A stretch of 49,223 nucleotides of DNA from Octopus bimaculoides. Taxonomy: Eukaryota. The translations under genes were made by a program, and so were the position numbers. Positions 12,963 to 25,272 of the stretch are shown in pieces (the stretch's first letter is position 1; the number at the start of each line of letters is the position of its first letter). The notes beneath the pieces were generated by a model. That model did not search any database, was not told where the DNA came from, and was given only the letters and a program-made list of their open reading frames with translations. The DNA is taken from the NCBI RefSeq assembly GCF_001194135.2, contig NC_068989.1, positions 79,555,875-79,605,097 on the forward strand, in the 5' to 3' direction.

Positions 12963-13084
12963 TGTGTGTGTTTATGTGTGTGTATGTGTTCTAATTTTTA
13001 TACGTTTCACTGCAAAGTTTGTGGCTATGGTGGTGCACAGCCAGTATCACCACTTTTTCATAGCCATTCCTATGTGCTTGGCCT

Positions 13085-14900
13085 TTGTGGAATGAGGGAG
13101 TTTGTTACTGCTGCCCTCGTTTGAGTTTCTTGCCGTGATGTAGGATCATCTGGGATCTTGGACAGTAGAACGTCAAAGTGCCTCCTGAGAACATCTCCCA
13201 CTCCATGTTGATTTTCCAGGTCTTTGGAAAGATATTAATTAATAGCTGTTGGCATTTAAATTCTAAGCTGTTGCAGAATCTGGACCTTAATCTAAATGTT
13301 ATGGATGGGAATTTTGGAATAGTGCAGTGGTGTTCCTTTTGGAGCCTGATATAACTCCTGATGTCAAAGTCTAGTATTAGTTGATCTCGGATGTTTGGTA
13401 TGTGTATCACGAAGATTAATAATTCTTTCAAGCTCTTCCAGCAACTCAACTGTTTCTTTGCCGCTAACTTCTTGTAGTAACACCGATGAACTGCCTCCAT
13501 TTCTGCTAATAAATTAACACTGTAGGTTAACAATAGCAGAGAGCTGTGGAGAAATATTCTTCCTGGTCCCTTGTTCTGAATGTTATCAGAATCCCTTTTG
13601 GTGAGATGTACATAAAGAGACACATCGTTGCTCATATCAATCCTCAGTTCACGCACTGACATTGTCTTTGGGATTTCCAATTCCTTTTATCCAAAGTATC
13701 TTTGTTGCGGCATATTAGCACAAACTGACTGATTGCGGAGAGCTTTAGGTTTTCCTTTTTAATTTTCGTGTTGACTTCTTCAGACCGTTTATACGGCATC
13801 TAGTTCTTTCTAAAGAAAATTAGTACCGAGGTCATTTTTGAGTACATGCGTTATTTTTAACTGTCAATATAGCTGGTTTCAGTATCTTCCTGCATAAATG
13901 ATAACAAGTTTGAGAAAGAGAGAGAGAGAGAGGTAGAGACAGACAGGGACCACAAACAGCAGCAGCCCTAAGGTAGTTTTCTGAGATCTCCACTTGCTAT
14001 TAATATCTCCTTAGAGAGGGTTCCATTTGCTGCCACAGCCTGGCTTCTGTCTTTTAAGAAGTCATGAAACCACCTGCCAAGTTTATCAGCTATGCGGAGT
14101 CACTATACCTTGTGTCATATCATACCATGATCAACTTCATTAAATGCCTTTCTAAAATCGAGATACGTTTGAGCGATTCATAAGTTGTTTCAGTACCTAG
14201 TCATAATACTGCAGAAGCTGTCTAAGGCAGCGTCTACCTGAGCGGAAGCCACGCTGGGTGTCAGGGAGCAGATGATGATCTTCATCTTTCTCCTGATAAA
14301 GCCTTCCATGACATTTCTGACAAGTGAGGCTAGAGAAACAGGTCTATAATTTTTATCACCTGCTCTGCTTCCTCCTTTATGTAAACAAGACATTACACCC
14401 TCCGTTAACTTTCTAGGAAATCTATGACTTGTAAGGAAGCTTTGAGAGAAGATCTGCAGTGATCTTGTTTAGACTCCTTTGTAGTTTTTTTGGAGAATTG
14501 CTGGGAATCCATTAGGGCCTGTGGCTGAGTCTGAGCTCATTTTATCAATGGCAAATATAACATCAATTTCTTCTATTTCGATGCAATCGACAATGGCTGT
14601 TCTTTCTTGTAGAGCTCCGGTATCAAAGAAATTGTCCGACATATTTATTTGTAACTGTTCCAACGGAGTGGTGAAAACAATTTTATATTGCATATTCAAT
14701 ATATCATTTGTCCTTTGGGGGTTCGAAGTCAGTGAGCCATTTTCTTCGAATAGTGGCCCAATCTTGTACCGTACTGAAAAAGATAGTCTTACAAATCTAT
14801 AAAAGACTTCAGTTTGTCTTTACACTTTTTACAGTTGTGGCTTATCTTTCTATCGTTTCCTTTTTCATGGGAGCGTTTGAGTTCCATTTTAGCCTCAAGT
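13085..14900 (-). mobile_element. CR1/L2-like LINE, 5'-truncated and decayed (RT and C-terminus)
   Basis: Frameshifted motifs in the correct order: IGPLFEENGSL, AIDKMSSDSATGPNGFP, KGGSRAGDKNYRPVSL, YLDFRKAFNEVDH, WFHDFLKDRSQ, an eroded RDLG-like motif (RELRIDMSNDVS), LLAEMEAVHR. Confidence 0.88.
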
Positions 14901-15094
14901 AATGAATGTAGGACATAAGATTATTCACCGTCTTTTAGTGGCCCATGCAGATGATTTAAGATCTTTGTTCGTCGTCTAATTAGAATTTTGGTATGCCTCA
15001 CGAGGCATTCTACGAGGCATTCTATTCGACGTGCTAGCGATACAACCAGCTTGCAGCAGATACTGATCCAGTAAATAAACAATAAACGCAACAG

Positions 15095-15113
15095 CTGTAG
15101 CAACAACGCCAGC

Positions 15114-15174
<61 letters not shown>

Positions 15175-15348
15175 GCAAAAATAACAACAACAGGAATTAA
15201 AAAAATTAAAATACATTGTGGTGCTAATTGTGTTGTTATTAAGATAATTTAGATCGGTTTCCACCACCACCATCATCACCACCACCACCATCACCACGAC
15301 GACCATCAGCACCACCACCACCATCACCACCACCACCACCACCACCAC
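15095..15348. repeat. (CAA)n and (CAC/CAT)n microsatellites
   Basis: Seen directly in the sequence. Confidence 0.95.
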
Positions 15349-15862
15349 CTACGGGAGTAAGATACTGATTAAACAATTTTCTTAAAAATCATTCTTTTCT
15401 TTTACTTTGCTTAAGCATAAATGAATTATTGTCGTATTACTGGCGTTAGCTTTCGATTATCAACAAAAAAAGAACCCCAGCAAAAACCATACATTTGGTC
15501 CGCCATTGTGTGTGTAATTAATTGTAATTCATACGATGCAGTGTTTTCAATTAATTCTAGCTAATTACACTTAACTGAAATCTAGGCTTATTCTGTAGTA
15601 TTTCGTATCATATTCATAAAGGATTCTTTTTTCCTTATCAAAAAATAATTGGATATTACATTGAAGTTTTGTTGAGGGAACAGGGACCCTAATTTAATAA
15701 AAATGGATGCGGCTGGGTTTTAAGTATTGCAGCCTCGTCAGAAGTTTATTATTATTATTTTTTTTTTATGGTTTCCAACAGAGCAAGCCGCAACAGCCTA
15801 TTACTGAGACTAGGACTCTCATCTACATTTTTTCGGTAGGGGAATCTATGGGAGATGCTCTC

Positions 15863-15907
<45 letters not shown>

Positions 15908-16003
15908 TTCTCTCACTCTCTCTGTCTCTCTCACTCTCTCCTTCTCTTTCACTCTCTCTCTATTTCTATATATGAATATTTGTGTATGTGTGTATATCTG
16001 TGC

Positions 16004-16035
<32 letters not shown>

Positions 16036-16054
16036 AGTTAGATATGTATACATA

Positions 16055-16330
16055 TATAATGGTTAGTGTGCTACACTCATGATCGCGAGATCGTGGTTTC
16101 AGTTCCTGGATCGGGTGGTGTGTTGTGTTATGTTCTTGACCAACGCACTTCATTCATCTCACGTTGCTCTCCGACCACTTCGACACTAGACGTGTGGTAC
16201 ACCTTACACATTTGATAGAGAGAGTAAGCTAATGTGCAGCACACACTTAGCTTACACTACTTACATATATTCGACCACTAAACAAATTTGAACACGTCGT
16301 TGAGCAAAGATCGAATACTCATACGTCGTC
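16055..16330 (+). mobile_element. tRNA-derived SINE family D-related copy
   Basis: aatggttagtgtgctacactcatgatcgcgagatcgtggtttcagttcctgg...tgttcttgaccaacgcacttcat. Confidence 0.65.
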
Positions 16331-16347
16331 TTCTACGAGAGATTCCA

Positions 16348-16411
<64 letters not shown>

Positions 16412-17225
16412 NNNNNNNNNNNNNNNNNNNNNNNNNNNNNNNNNNNNNNNNNNNNNNNNNNNNNNNNNNNNNNNNNNNNNNNNNNNNNNNNNNNNNNNNN
16501 NNNNNNNNNNNNNNNNNNNNNNNNNNNNNNNNNNNNNNNNNNNNNNNNNNNNNNNNNNNNNNNNNNNNNNNNNNNNNNNNNNNNNNNNNNNNNNNNNNNN
16601 NNNNNNNNNNNNNNNNNNNNNNNNNNNNNNNNNNNNNNNNNNNNNNNNNNNNNNNNNNNNNNNNNNNNNNNNNNNNNNNNNNNNNNNNNNNNNNNNNNNN
16701 NNNNNNNNNNNNNNNNNNNNNNNNNNNNNNNNNNNNNNNNNNNNNNNNNNNNNNNNNNNNNNNNNNNNNNNNNNNNNNNNNNNNNNNNNNNNNNNNATAT
16801 ATATATATATATATATACACACAAAAATAAAGGTTACAAATCTCATTAAGGGATAGCAAAATCCTATGAAAGAACTGGTTAAAACTCAGAATGCAATGCC
16901 ACTAAACATTCTATGAATTCTGCCAACTCAAAATAATAAACAAAATATCCACGTCCACTTTTCTATGCCGGCACGAGTTACACTGAACGTGTTAAAGCAG
17001 ATTTTCTCAAAATATTGAACATTACATTTAATATTCAACTGCAAGGTTTATTTATTTATTATTGATTATTATAAGATGAGAAAATAGAGAAGTAATTATT
17101 AAACTATTATTTATTAATTGCCAATTTTTTAATTAATGAATAATAATTTAATAATTACCTCCCTATTTCCTCATCATATTATATATATACATATAACTTA
17201 CATAACTTTAATATGTTTCGACCAC

Positions 17226-17264
<39 letters not shown>

Positions 17265-17324
17265 CGCAGTAGCAGCAGTAGCAGCAGCAGCAGCAGCAAT
17301 AATGCGATAATAATGATAATGTTT

Positions 17325-17540
17325 CAAATTTTGTTACAAGAGCAGCCATTTTGAGGGAAGGGACAAGTCGATTACATGAATCCCAGTATTTGATTGTTAG
17401 TTCTTTTATCGACCCCGCAAGGATGAAAGGCAGGCAAGATCGACAACGGTGGAATTTGAACTCAGAACGTGGCGACGAGAGACATAACGCTAAGCATTTC
17501 GTCCGGTATGCTAACCAATCTGCCTCCTCGCCGTCTTAAT

Positions 17541-17581
<41 letters not shown>

Positions 17582-17808
17582 AAAAAATAATAATAAACCT
17601 TTCTATTATAAGCACAAGGCCTGAAATTTGGGTGAGGGGACCAGTCGATGTGATCGACCCCAGTAAACAACTGGTACTTGATTTGTCGACCCCAGAAGGA
17701 TGAAAGGCAAAGTCAACCTCGGTGGAATTTGAACTCAGAAGATAGCGACGGGCGAAATACTGCTAAGCACTTCGTCCAGCGTGCTAACAACTCTGCCAGC
17801 ACGCAGCC
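17325..17808 (-). mobile_element. Two tandem SINE family A copies separated by an (AAC/AAT)n tract
   Basis: Copies at about 17325-17538 and 17598-17808, both with ggaatttgaactcagaa and gctaa...tctgcc ends. Confidence 0.85.
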
Positions 17809-17860
17809 ATAATAATAATAATAATAATAACGATAATAATAATAATAATAATAATAATAA

Positions 17861-17904
<44 letters not shown>

Positions 17905-18059
17905 AAACTATCGTCCTTATCATGATGGTGAGAGATGATGATGATGATCCATACTTTGCAAGAGCCACGGCAATCACCATCTTTTAGAGCGACATAGAGC
18001 GGAAGCAGTTGTCTTGGAGAAAACGGATACTGTGATCGGTCTCTCATTTCCTTCTGACA

Positions 18060-18250
18060 GAGCAGAGCAACCGATTCCCTGGAAACTGATTGCTACTTTT
18101 TATAGAATTATTGATATTAATATACTTGCTCCGGAAGGATGAAAGGCAAATTTGACCTCAGTAGAATTTGAACTAATAACACAAAGAGCAAGGAATAAAT
18201 ACCGCAAGGCATTTTGTCCTATGCTGTAACGATTTAGCCAATTGATCGTC
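18060..18250 (-). mobile_element. SINE family A, decayed copy
   Basis: ggaaggatgaaaggcaaatttgacctcagtagaatttgaact. Confidence 0.6.
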
Positions 18251-18689
18251 CAATGACGTTCATATCTTTGCAGAATTGAATATCTTTACAACTTGACATT
18301 TCTCCAATAAGGTGTCTTTTTGTTGTCGATAAAAACTAATATTAAATTCATGGTTAATGTGTTCAGCCATAGCTTAGTCTTGTATAACATTGTCGTTTAA
18401 ATCACAGGCGTTCTCATTGTGTCAACACATACCAGATAGAAACGATAATTACATTTTTCCGACGGCGAAAGAACATTTTTTTTTTCTTTCATATCATTTT
18501 TATCTCGTGGCTTTGATCTGACACTCGATCAATACTTTCTACTTCTTTAACTTATTGTCTACTAAGTACCGCTCTTCGCAGAAAGATAAAAGATCATTAT
18601 AAGCATTATGCAGATACAGACATCTAAGCTGATAGACATCTGATTGTTTTTTTGTTTGTTTTTTCTTTCTAAGTCTTGCTTACTTTCAG

Positions 18690-19080
18690 TTCTTTCAAAT
18701 ACACGCTGTTTTCAAAGACACTCATCTTCCCTCCTTGTTTTGATGATTGAATCTGGAAGAAGGGGTTGTACCTTTTGCCTTCACAGGCCTTTCCGGACCT
18801 GTGGTGTCTTTTGTTCAAGGACTTTAAATTGACGGTTACTGGAAGACCGTGTATAGTGAGGTATTGCCAGAGGGTTGACATTCCAGGAAGAAATAATGGG
18901 CTCCGAGTTTATTGTGAGGGTATCCATAATAAGGAATTAAGATATGTCATGAAAGTAAATGAGACGAGTGAAACAGATGGACCTGAGTGGAATAAGATGG
19001 ACGACATCAACCATCTTCGAGGAGCGGAAGTTAGGCCATAGTGATATCAATAGAAGACTTAACTAGAATGGCCGAAGGTT
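18690..19080 (+). mobile_element. Possible highly decayed RTE-type LINE 3' fragment
   Basis: Weak, frameshifted resemblance to the RTE C-terminus: KTLIFP..., then KVNET...gga ata aga tgg acg ac atc (GIRW-MDDI-like). Confidence 0.3.
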
Positions 19081-19166
19081 TGAGTCTATTGGGAAATACC
19101 CATTTTTGGTACTGGGTAAGTCGATTACATCGACCTCAAGCTACTAACAACACAACCACTCCTGCG

Positions 19167-19203
<37 letters not shown>

Positions 19204-19463
19204 CTTATATACACGCATATATACTTAAACACACACACACATACAGACGCTCTCCAATATTTGTTCATTCCTTTTTATACCGCTTTGTTTGTAATGTCTA
19301 TTTTTTACTAGTTTTTCTCCCATTCTCCTTTAAACTCTATTTATAAGACATTGCCATTTGTCTATCTCGCTTCATTCTTGATAATTCGTTGACTTTTGTT
19401 ATCACCCTTTCCTGTATATCGTATCCTGCTTTGTTTCTCTTATATTTCACGGTGCGCACTTTT

Positions 19464-19506
<43 letters not shown>

Positions 19507-19956
19507 AATATATGTGTGCAAAAATTGTCACCTATGTGTCATACTCACTATAAATGCCTCGTTGAAAGCAAATTGCTGCGGTAATTGTCACGAGATAACA
19601 TCTTTTGAACTTGTAATGTTTAAAACAATATATATCGCAGGGACACTATGGTAGCCGCAGCCGTGGTTAACGAGAAAACTAGATGCATTTCAGCCTATTT
19701 GAGCCTCATCAATGCCGTGTAGTTATAATGATACATGTGGCTGCTTTTCCACGATTATGATACAGAGATTTTTATATTGCTTCTATTGCATTTAACGGAA
19801 TGTATAATAAATATACTTATGTTTATGTATAATTGTGGGTGATTGTGCCTTTATCTGTGTCTGTTTTGTTTGATATATGCGAGTCTATATACATACATGT
19901 ATTGATATAAATACAGAAGCAAACATAGTTACACATAAAAACACAAGAACACTAAC

Positions 19957-20245
19957 CTTCCTCTGTGGACCTTATATATGGTAAAGGCTCCATAGATGAG
20001 TGGGTTTAGCATGCAGTTGGAAGTCCCGAGAGTGAAGAAGTATATGACAGTGCGACTGTTGTCCCATCGGAAGAATGCAAAACCTAAGAAGATGATGTAA
20101 TATGGCGTCCAACAAAGAATGAAAGCTGCGACAATCACTGCACTCATACGTGATGATTTCTTCCTGGCCCTTTCAAAAAGATGTGTACGAATTTGTCCAT
20201 GGTTCACACTATAGCACGACATCGATGTGGGTGAAATTGGAGTAT
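19957..20245 (-). CDS. GnRHR: GnRH/corazonin-type receptor, internal exon: ICL3, TM6, ECL3, TM7
   Basis: Acceptor ctttcccttttgcag|AT at 20246/20245 completes the phase-1 codon G|AT (Asp) from the previous exon. Donor GGA AG|gttagt at 19957/19956. 289 nt: DTPISPTSMSCYSVNHGQIRTHLFERARKKSSRMSAVIVAAFILCWTPYYIIFLGFAFFRWDNSRTVIYFFTLGTSNCMLNPLIYGAFTIYKVHRG(R/S). Motifs CWTPYY (TM6) and NPLIY (TM7). Confidence 0.95.
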
Positions 20246-22039
20246 CTGCAAAAGGGAAAGGTAATAAATATAATTAAAAGTACATTCAGAACGGGATTGA
20301 TTGAAATTTTTGTGATTAATTTGCGTGTAATAAAATTGAGGTAATGCAATGCCCAATTGCTACATTAATTTCAGTATTGGGTCGCATTCTCAGGTGTCAC
20401 ACAGTGTTAACCTATTAAACAATTCATCAGTAGTTCTGAAGGAGGCCATCCGATATTTTCTTATCAACACGTCATTCAATAAAGTAATAATCATGAAATA
20501 CCCATTTAATTGAATAGACTTACTTTGTTTAGGGCTATTACACTTATATCATCCATTCTATTGAATTAGAATTTGAAACAATGTAGCTCGTATTTAAGTG
20601 AAATCAGAGACTATGTTTAAGGATATATCGCTGTTGCATATAACACTTCGAATATCCATTCTATTAAATTAGAATTAATGCATGTATTTCCAATTTAAGT
20701 AGCAATAACATTTACAACTTTGACTATTTCGCTGCTTATATTACGCCTTGGAGCATTTGTGTAGAGATTTTCTTCGTGAAGAAACAGAAGATAGCAAACA
20801 ATGAAATTACTGTTTGGAAGAAAGACCTGCAATATATAACATAGATTTTGTCAAATTACTGTAGTGAAGTTCAGTTGGAAAACGAGTGATGTCAACGGTA
20901 TTTACAGGAACTCTCTGAATCGTGTCTCTTATGAGGGTGAGTTACAATTTTTCTGAGGAGCGGACTGGCTTCAGAAAAAAAAAAAAAAAAAAAAATAACT
21001 AGAAGACAACATGACGCTGTGACATATTAGAAACTCGAATAACCGTTACACGATTGACAGCGTGGAGTTGATTAATAAAATAAGGGGCTACTTATAGTCT
21101 AAATTCAGTAGGGATACTGATATTAACAAATCCCTACATACACAACATATACACGTGTGTGTGTATTCGTGTATGTGTGTTTGTGTTGTGTATCTGTTTG
21201 TGCGTGAGTGAGCGTGTGTGTGTTTGTATATGTATATATATAGATTTGTTTATAAATTCATGCAAGCAGGAAAGCATGCTGGTAAAACGCTGCTCCTCTA
21301 AATGAAAGCCTTACCGGTCATTGTGCTTTAGTGGCACAAAGCAAAGGAGGCTTTGACGTCCACCCGAGAAAACACATAGTAAATGATCCACAAGAACTCT
21401 AGAAAACTGAGTCCCCAAATTATTCCCTTTGCCAAATGGTTTGTAGGGCACCAGCAGGCCTCAAGATACACAAATATGTCCATAGAACATAATTACCGCT
21501 TTATTTTACTTAACCCTCATTTGTGGCTCACGACGAGAGAATCAGTCATACACACTTACATACATATATAGATACATATACACATACATACATATATACA
21601 CATACATACATACATACATACATACATACATACATACATACATACAAACATACATATATATATATATATGTATATATANNNNNNNNNNNNNNNNNNNNNN
21701 NNNNNNNNNNNNNNNNNNNNNNNNNNNNNNNNNNNNNNNNNNNNNNNNNNNNNNNNNNNNNNNNNNNNNNNATCTATATATTAATATTGTTTATTTAAAG
21801 CCCGCAATGGATGCATATGTTAGTTCGTTATGGTTTGCGCCTGAAGAAAATGTTAGAATTTTCTCAACATGTAAAATTATTAGTAACGTTTTAATACACG
21901 TATTATCACCTTTAAATAAATAATATTTATCTCTCACCAGTACATTACATATACATACATATACACATTATGCATACATACATACATACATACATATATA
22001 CATACATGCATACATACGTTTATATGTATGTATATATTG

Positions 22040-22091
22040 ATGTATCTGAAGAGACACAGAACGGGTCAAAACATGTGTTGTATCCAATAAA
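22040..22091 (+). ncRNA. Degenerate Penelope-type hammerhead ribozyme (G12 mutated)
   Basis: CTGAAGA (22046-22052), gac/gtc stem II, AAAAC in place of GAAAC, ATGT, GTT, then AATAAA at 22086. Confidence 0.5.
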
Positions 22092-22243
22092 GTCTATTAC
22101 ACATTCTATCTCCTATTGTATTAATACTGTTACCCCAACCGCCACTACGTAGTTCCTGCAATAAATAACGGATAACAACAAGTAATCGAAACTGTGCCGG
22201 TCCTTTACTCATCACCCATTTATACATTTTGTACAATTTCTCC

Positions 22244-22281
<38 letters not shown>

Positions 22282-22307
22282 AAGATAAGCAACAAAAATT
22301 CAATAGG

Positions 22308-22402
22308 TTATAGCAGTACGTACGTTTCGTACAAGCTCCATTTATTCATGTAGTGAGAACACCACAGAATGTACAATGAAAATGTACTCCTCAGCTGCAT
22401 AA
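22308..22402 (-). ncRNA. Type I hammerhead ribozyme (minimal, Penelope-type) with an expanded loop II
   Basis: Minus strand reads ttatgcag-CTGAGGA-GTAC-[51 nt]-GTAC-GAAAC-GTAC-GTA-ctgc(t)ataa. Stem I is 8 bp with one bulge; core CUGANGA at 22394-22388; G10.1-C11.1 stem II; GAAAC at 22328-22324; palindromic stem III ACGTACGT; GUA cleavage triplet at 22319-22317. Confidence 0.75.
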
Positions 22403-25092
22403 TGGAATTTCATTCTGTAGTGTTCTCACTACATGAATAAATGGAGCTTGTNNNNNNNNNNNNNNNNNNNNNNNNNNNNNNNNNNNNNNNNNNNNNNNNN
22501 NNNNNNNNNNNNNNNNNNNNNNNNNNNNNNNNNNNNNNNNNNNNNNNNNNNNNNNNNNNNNNNNNNNNNNNNNNNNNNNNNNNNNNNNNNNNNNNNNNNN
22601 NNNNNNNNNNNNNNNNNNNNNNNNNNNNNNNNNNNNNNNNNNNNNNNNNNNNNNNNNNNNNNNNNNNNNNNNNNNNNNNNNNNNNNNNNNNNNNNNNNNN
22701 NNNNNNNNNNNNNNNNNNNNNNNNNNNNNNNNNNNNNNNNNNNNNNNNNNNNNNNNNNNNNNNNNNNNNNNNNNNNNNNNNNNNNNNNNNNNNNNNNNNN
22801 NNNNNNNNNNNNNNNNNNNNNNNNNNNNNNNNNNNNNNNNNNNNNNNNNNNNNNNNNNNNNNNNNNNNNNNNNNNNNNNNNNNNNNNNNNNNNNNNNNNN
22901 NNNNNNNNNNNNNNNNNNNNNNNNNNNNNNNNNNNNNNNNNNNNNNNNNNNNNNNNNNNNNNNNNNNNNNNNNNNNNNNNNNNNNNNNNNNNNNNNNNNN
23001 NNNNNNNNNNNNNNNNNNNNNNNNNNNNNNNNNNNNNNNNNNNNNNNNNNNNNNNNNNNNNNNNNNNNNNNNNNNNNNNNNNNNNNNNNNNNNNNNNNNN
23101 NNNNNNNNNNNNNNNNNNNNNNNNNNNNNNNNNNNNNNNNNNNNNNNTATATATATATATATATATATATATGTACGACGGGCATACATACATACATTAA
23201 CATTCAATTGTCACTAATACTGACTGAGGGGGCAGCGTGGCATCTACATTGCTAGAAAAAAGAGTCAAAGACCCTCATAGCCACAAAATGCACATGCTAC
23301 GTGCTGACAGGGGAAATAACCGCGCCACACCAAGTGAGATCACTATGTGAGGCTTACATTCAGAACTTGAAGTTTGTGTGTCAGCATTTTGATGAGCGTT
23401 GCACTTCGTCAGCTAATGCAAGCAATGCAAGACCGGAATGCATAGCATCAGCGATTAAAAAAAATAATGAATAAATAAACACAAAGGTACCTCTTTTGTG
23501 TTTTCAACTCTAACGTGGAAACTTAAGGGAAAGGGGGTTTCACATTTATGTCTAAACATTACTACATTTCATATTCTATTTACAAATATCTCACTGAGAG
23601 TAATAACTCAGAAGCGACTGTGAAAAGTAATAGCTAATATATTTAATGTAACGTGTATCAAAAATCTAATTATAAATTCTTACGCGGTCAGGAAAAGACG
23701 ATATCTCCTAAAATACTAATATTAAGTTAATTACTTCCACAAATACAAGACAACCCCGACTATGTTTTGGTATTATTTAATCTCTTCAACGAAGTGTAGC
23801 CATCGTCGTATTTGCGGAAAGAATCATGCAATAATTAACAATTTATTGTGCAAAAACTTTACACGAGTTAGTACAAAAAATTAGTAAATATAATTTTTTA
23901 AATGGCAGAAGTTAATTATTTAGAGATGCAATCTACACGAAAACCAGCAAAATTAAACACTGCACAAATTCAGCTGCTGCCTAAATTAAAAATGACTTGA
24001 TATATGAATGACAGTATATTCATTGTTATGAAAGATCGCCGACCAAAACATTGGTGTCTCGCCTTCTGTCAACAGCTACCACCATGTTGCGTTCATGATT
24101 AATAAACATAAATTTCAGGAGAATTACTCTAAGAGAGCACCACTAACTGAATAATCCATTACTTTAGGGCATGGCAATGCTGCAAATTAATCAGAAATTT
24201 GTTGTCTTGCAACGTTCAGGTTTCTCAAAGTTAAACTATCTACAGTAACTAAATTGAATCCAAAGACTTTATTGTTTCTCATCTGCTTAGAGTTACAGAA
24301 AGCAGAAATAATTATTTTGTATCATTGTGACAAGTATAAATGTATTTGAAAAACAACAAACATCTGGTTTGGCTGTCTGATGCCATTTAATTTTACCACC
24401 GTATGTCTCGAGGTCAAGAAATCCTGAAAAAGAATGTTTTTCATTGCTATATACATATATGATAAAATATTTTCAGTTAATAGAATAATAAAAAAAAAGC
24501 CAGTTGACTTGATCATACATACTTCTTTTCAAATGTTGGTTTTTATGCTGAGTCATAAATCTATCTTTCTGTGATAAGCTGCGCTACATCGGAAAAGTAT
24601 GTTTTTTTCATGCGTCTAATCCAACACTAAAATTTGTGGTCAATATCATTTCATTCGTGTCCTACGTGGCTTCAGCACATGAAATTCCTTATATTTCCCT
24701 GTGGTCTATAAAACTATCCACCGGCTTACGCCTAACATTGGTTACTATAGGTATTTATTACACTTGTGAACAATAAAAAAAAAATTGAAAAAGAGCTCAC
24801 AATAGTGAAGCAAACATTGATTGATTTAGCTTTCGCCAGATAATAGTATCAACGATTTTTTTCATTTCTACAACAGACAAAAAGAAAAAAATGCGGAACA
24901 TTACTCTATGGAGCAATATATTTTTGGAATACAAAGTCAAACGGATAAGTATTTGGAAAACGACAAAGCTCATTGAATGGCAGCATGTTTGAAAGAACAG
25001 TCTTCGACACGTTTCAGAATTATGGCATCCTTTTTTTGGTGGGGTGGGTAGAATTAGTATCAAGGAAAATTATGAGGGCATAAAATTGTGTG

Positions 25093-25131
<39 letters not shown>

Positions 25132-25272
25132 TTGTATGCAAAACTATAAACTGGCATTCAAAAATCAAGAAAAATGATTTTTTCACCTTTTCTGAAGTAC
25201 TGAAGCAAATTTGCAGAATCAGCTTTCAGGAAGAATAACAATAGTTATAGCAATTATAACAACAGATGTAGC

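Noticed and set aside
23755-23792. Minus-strand TTGAAGA...AAAAC-ATA-GTC hammerhead-like remnant (similar half-motifs near 8465-8490, 17210-17225 and 25005-25030)
   Set aside because: Two or more invariant residues are lost or the core is missing, and there is no stem I; at most old Penelope debris.
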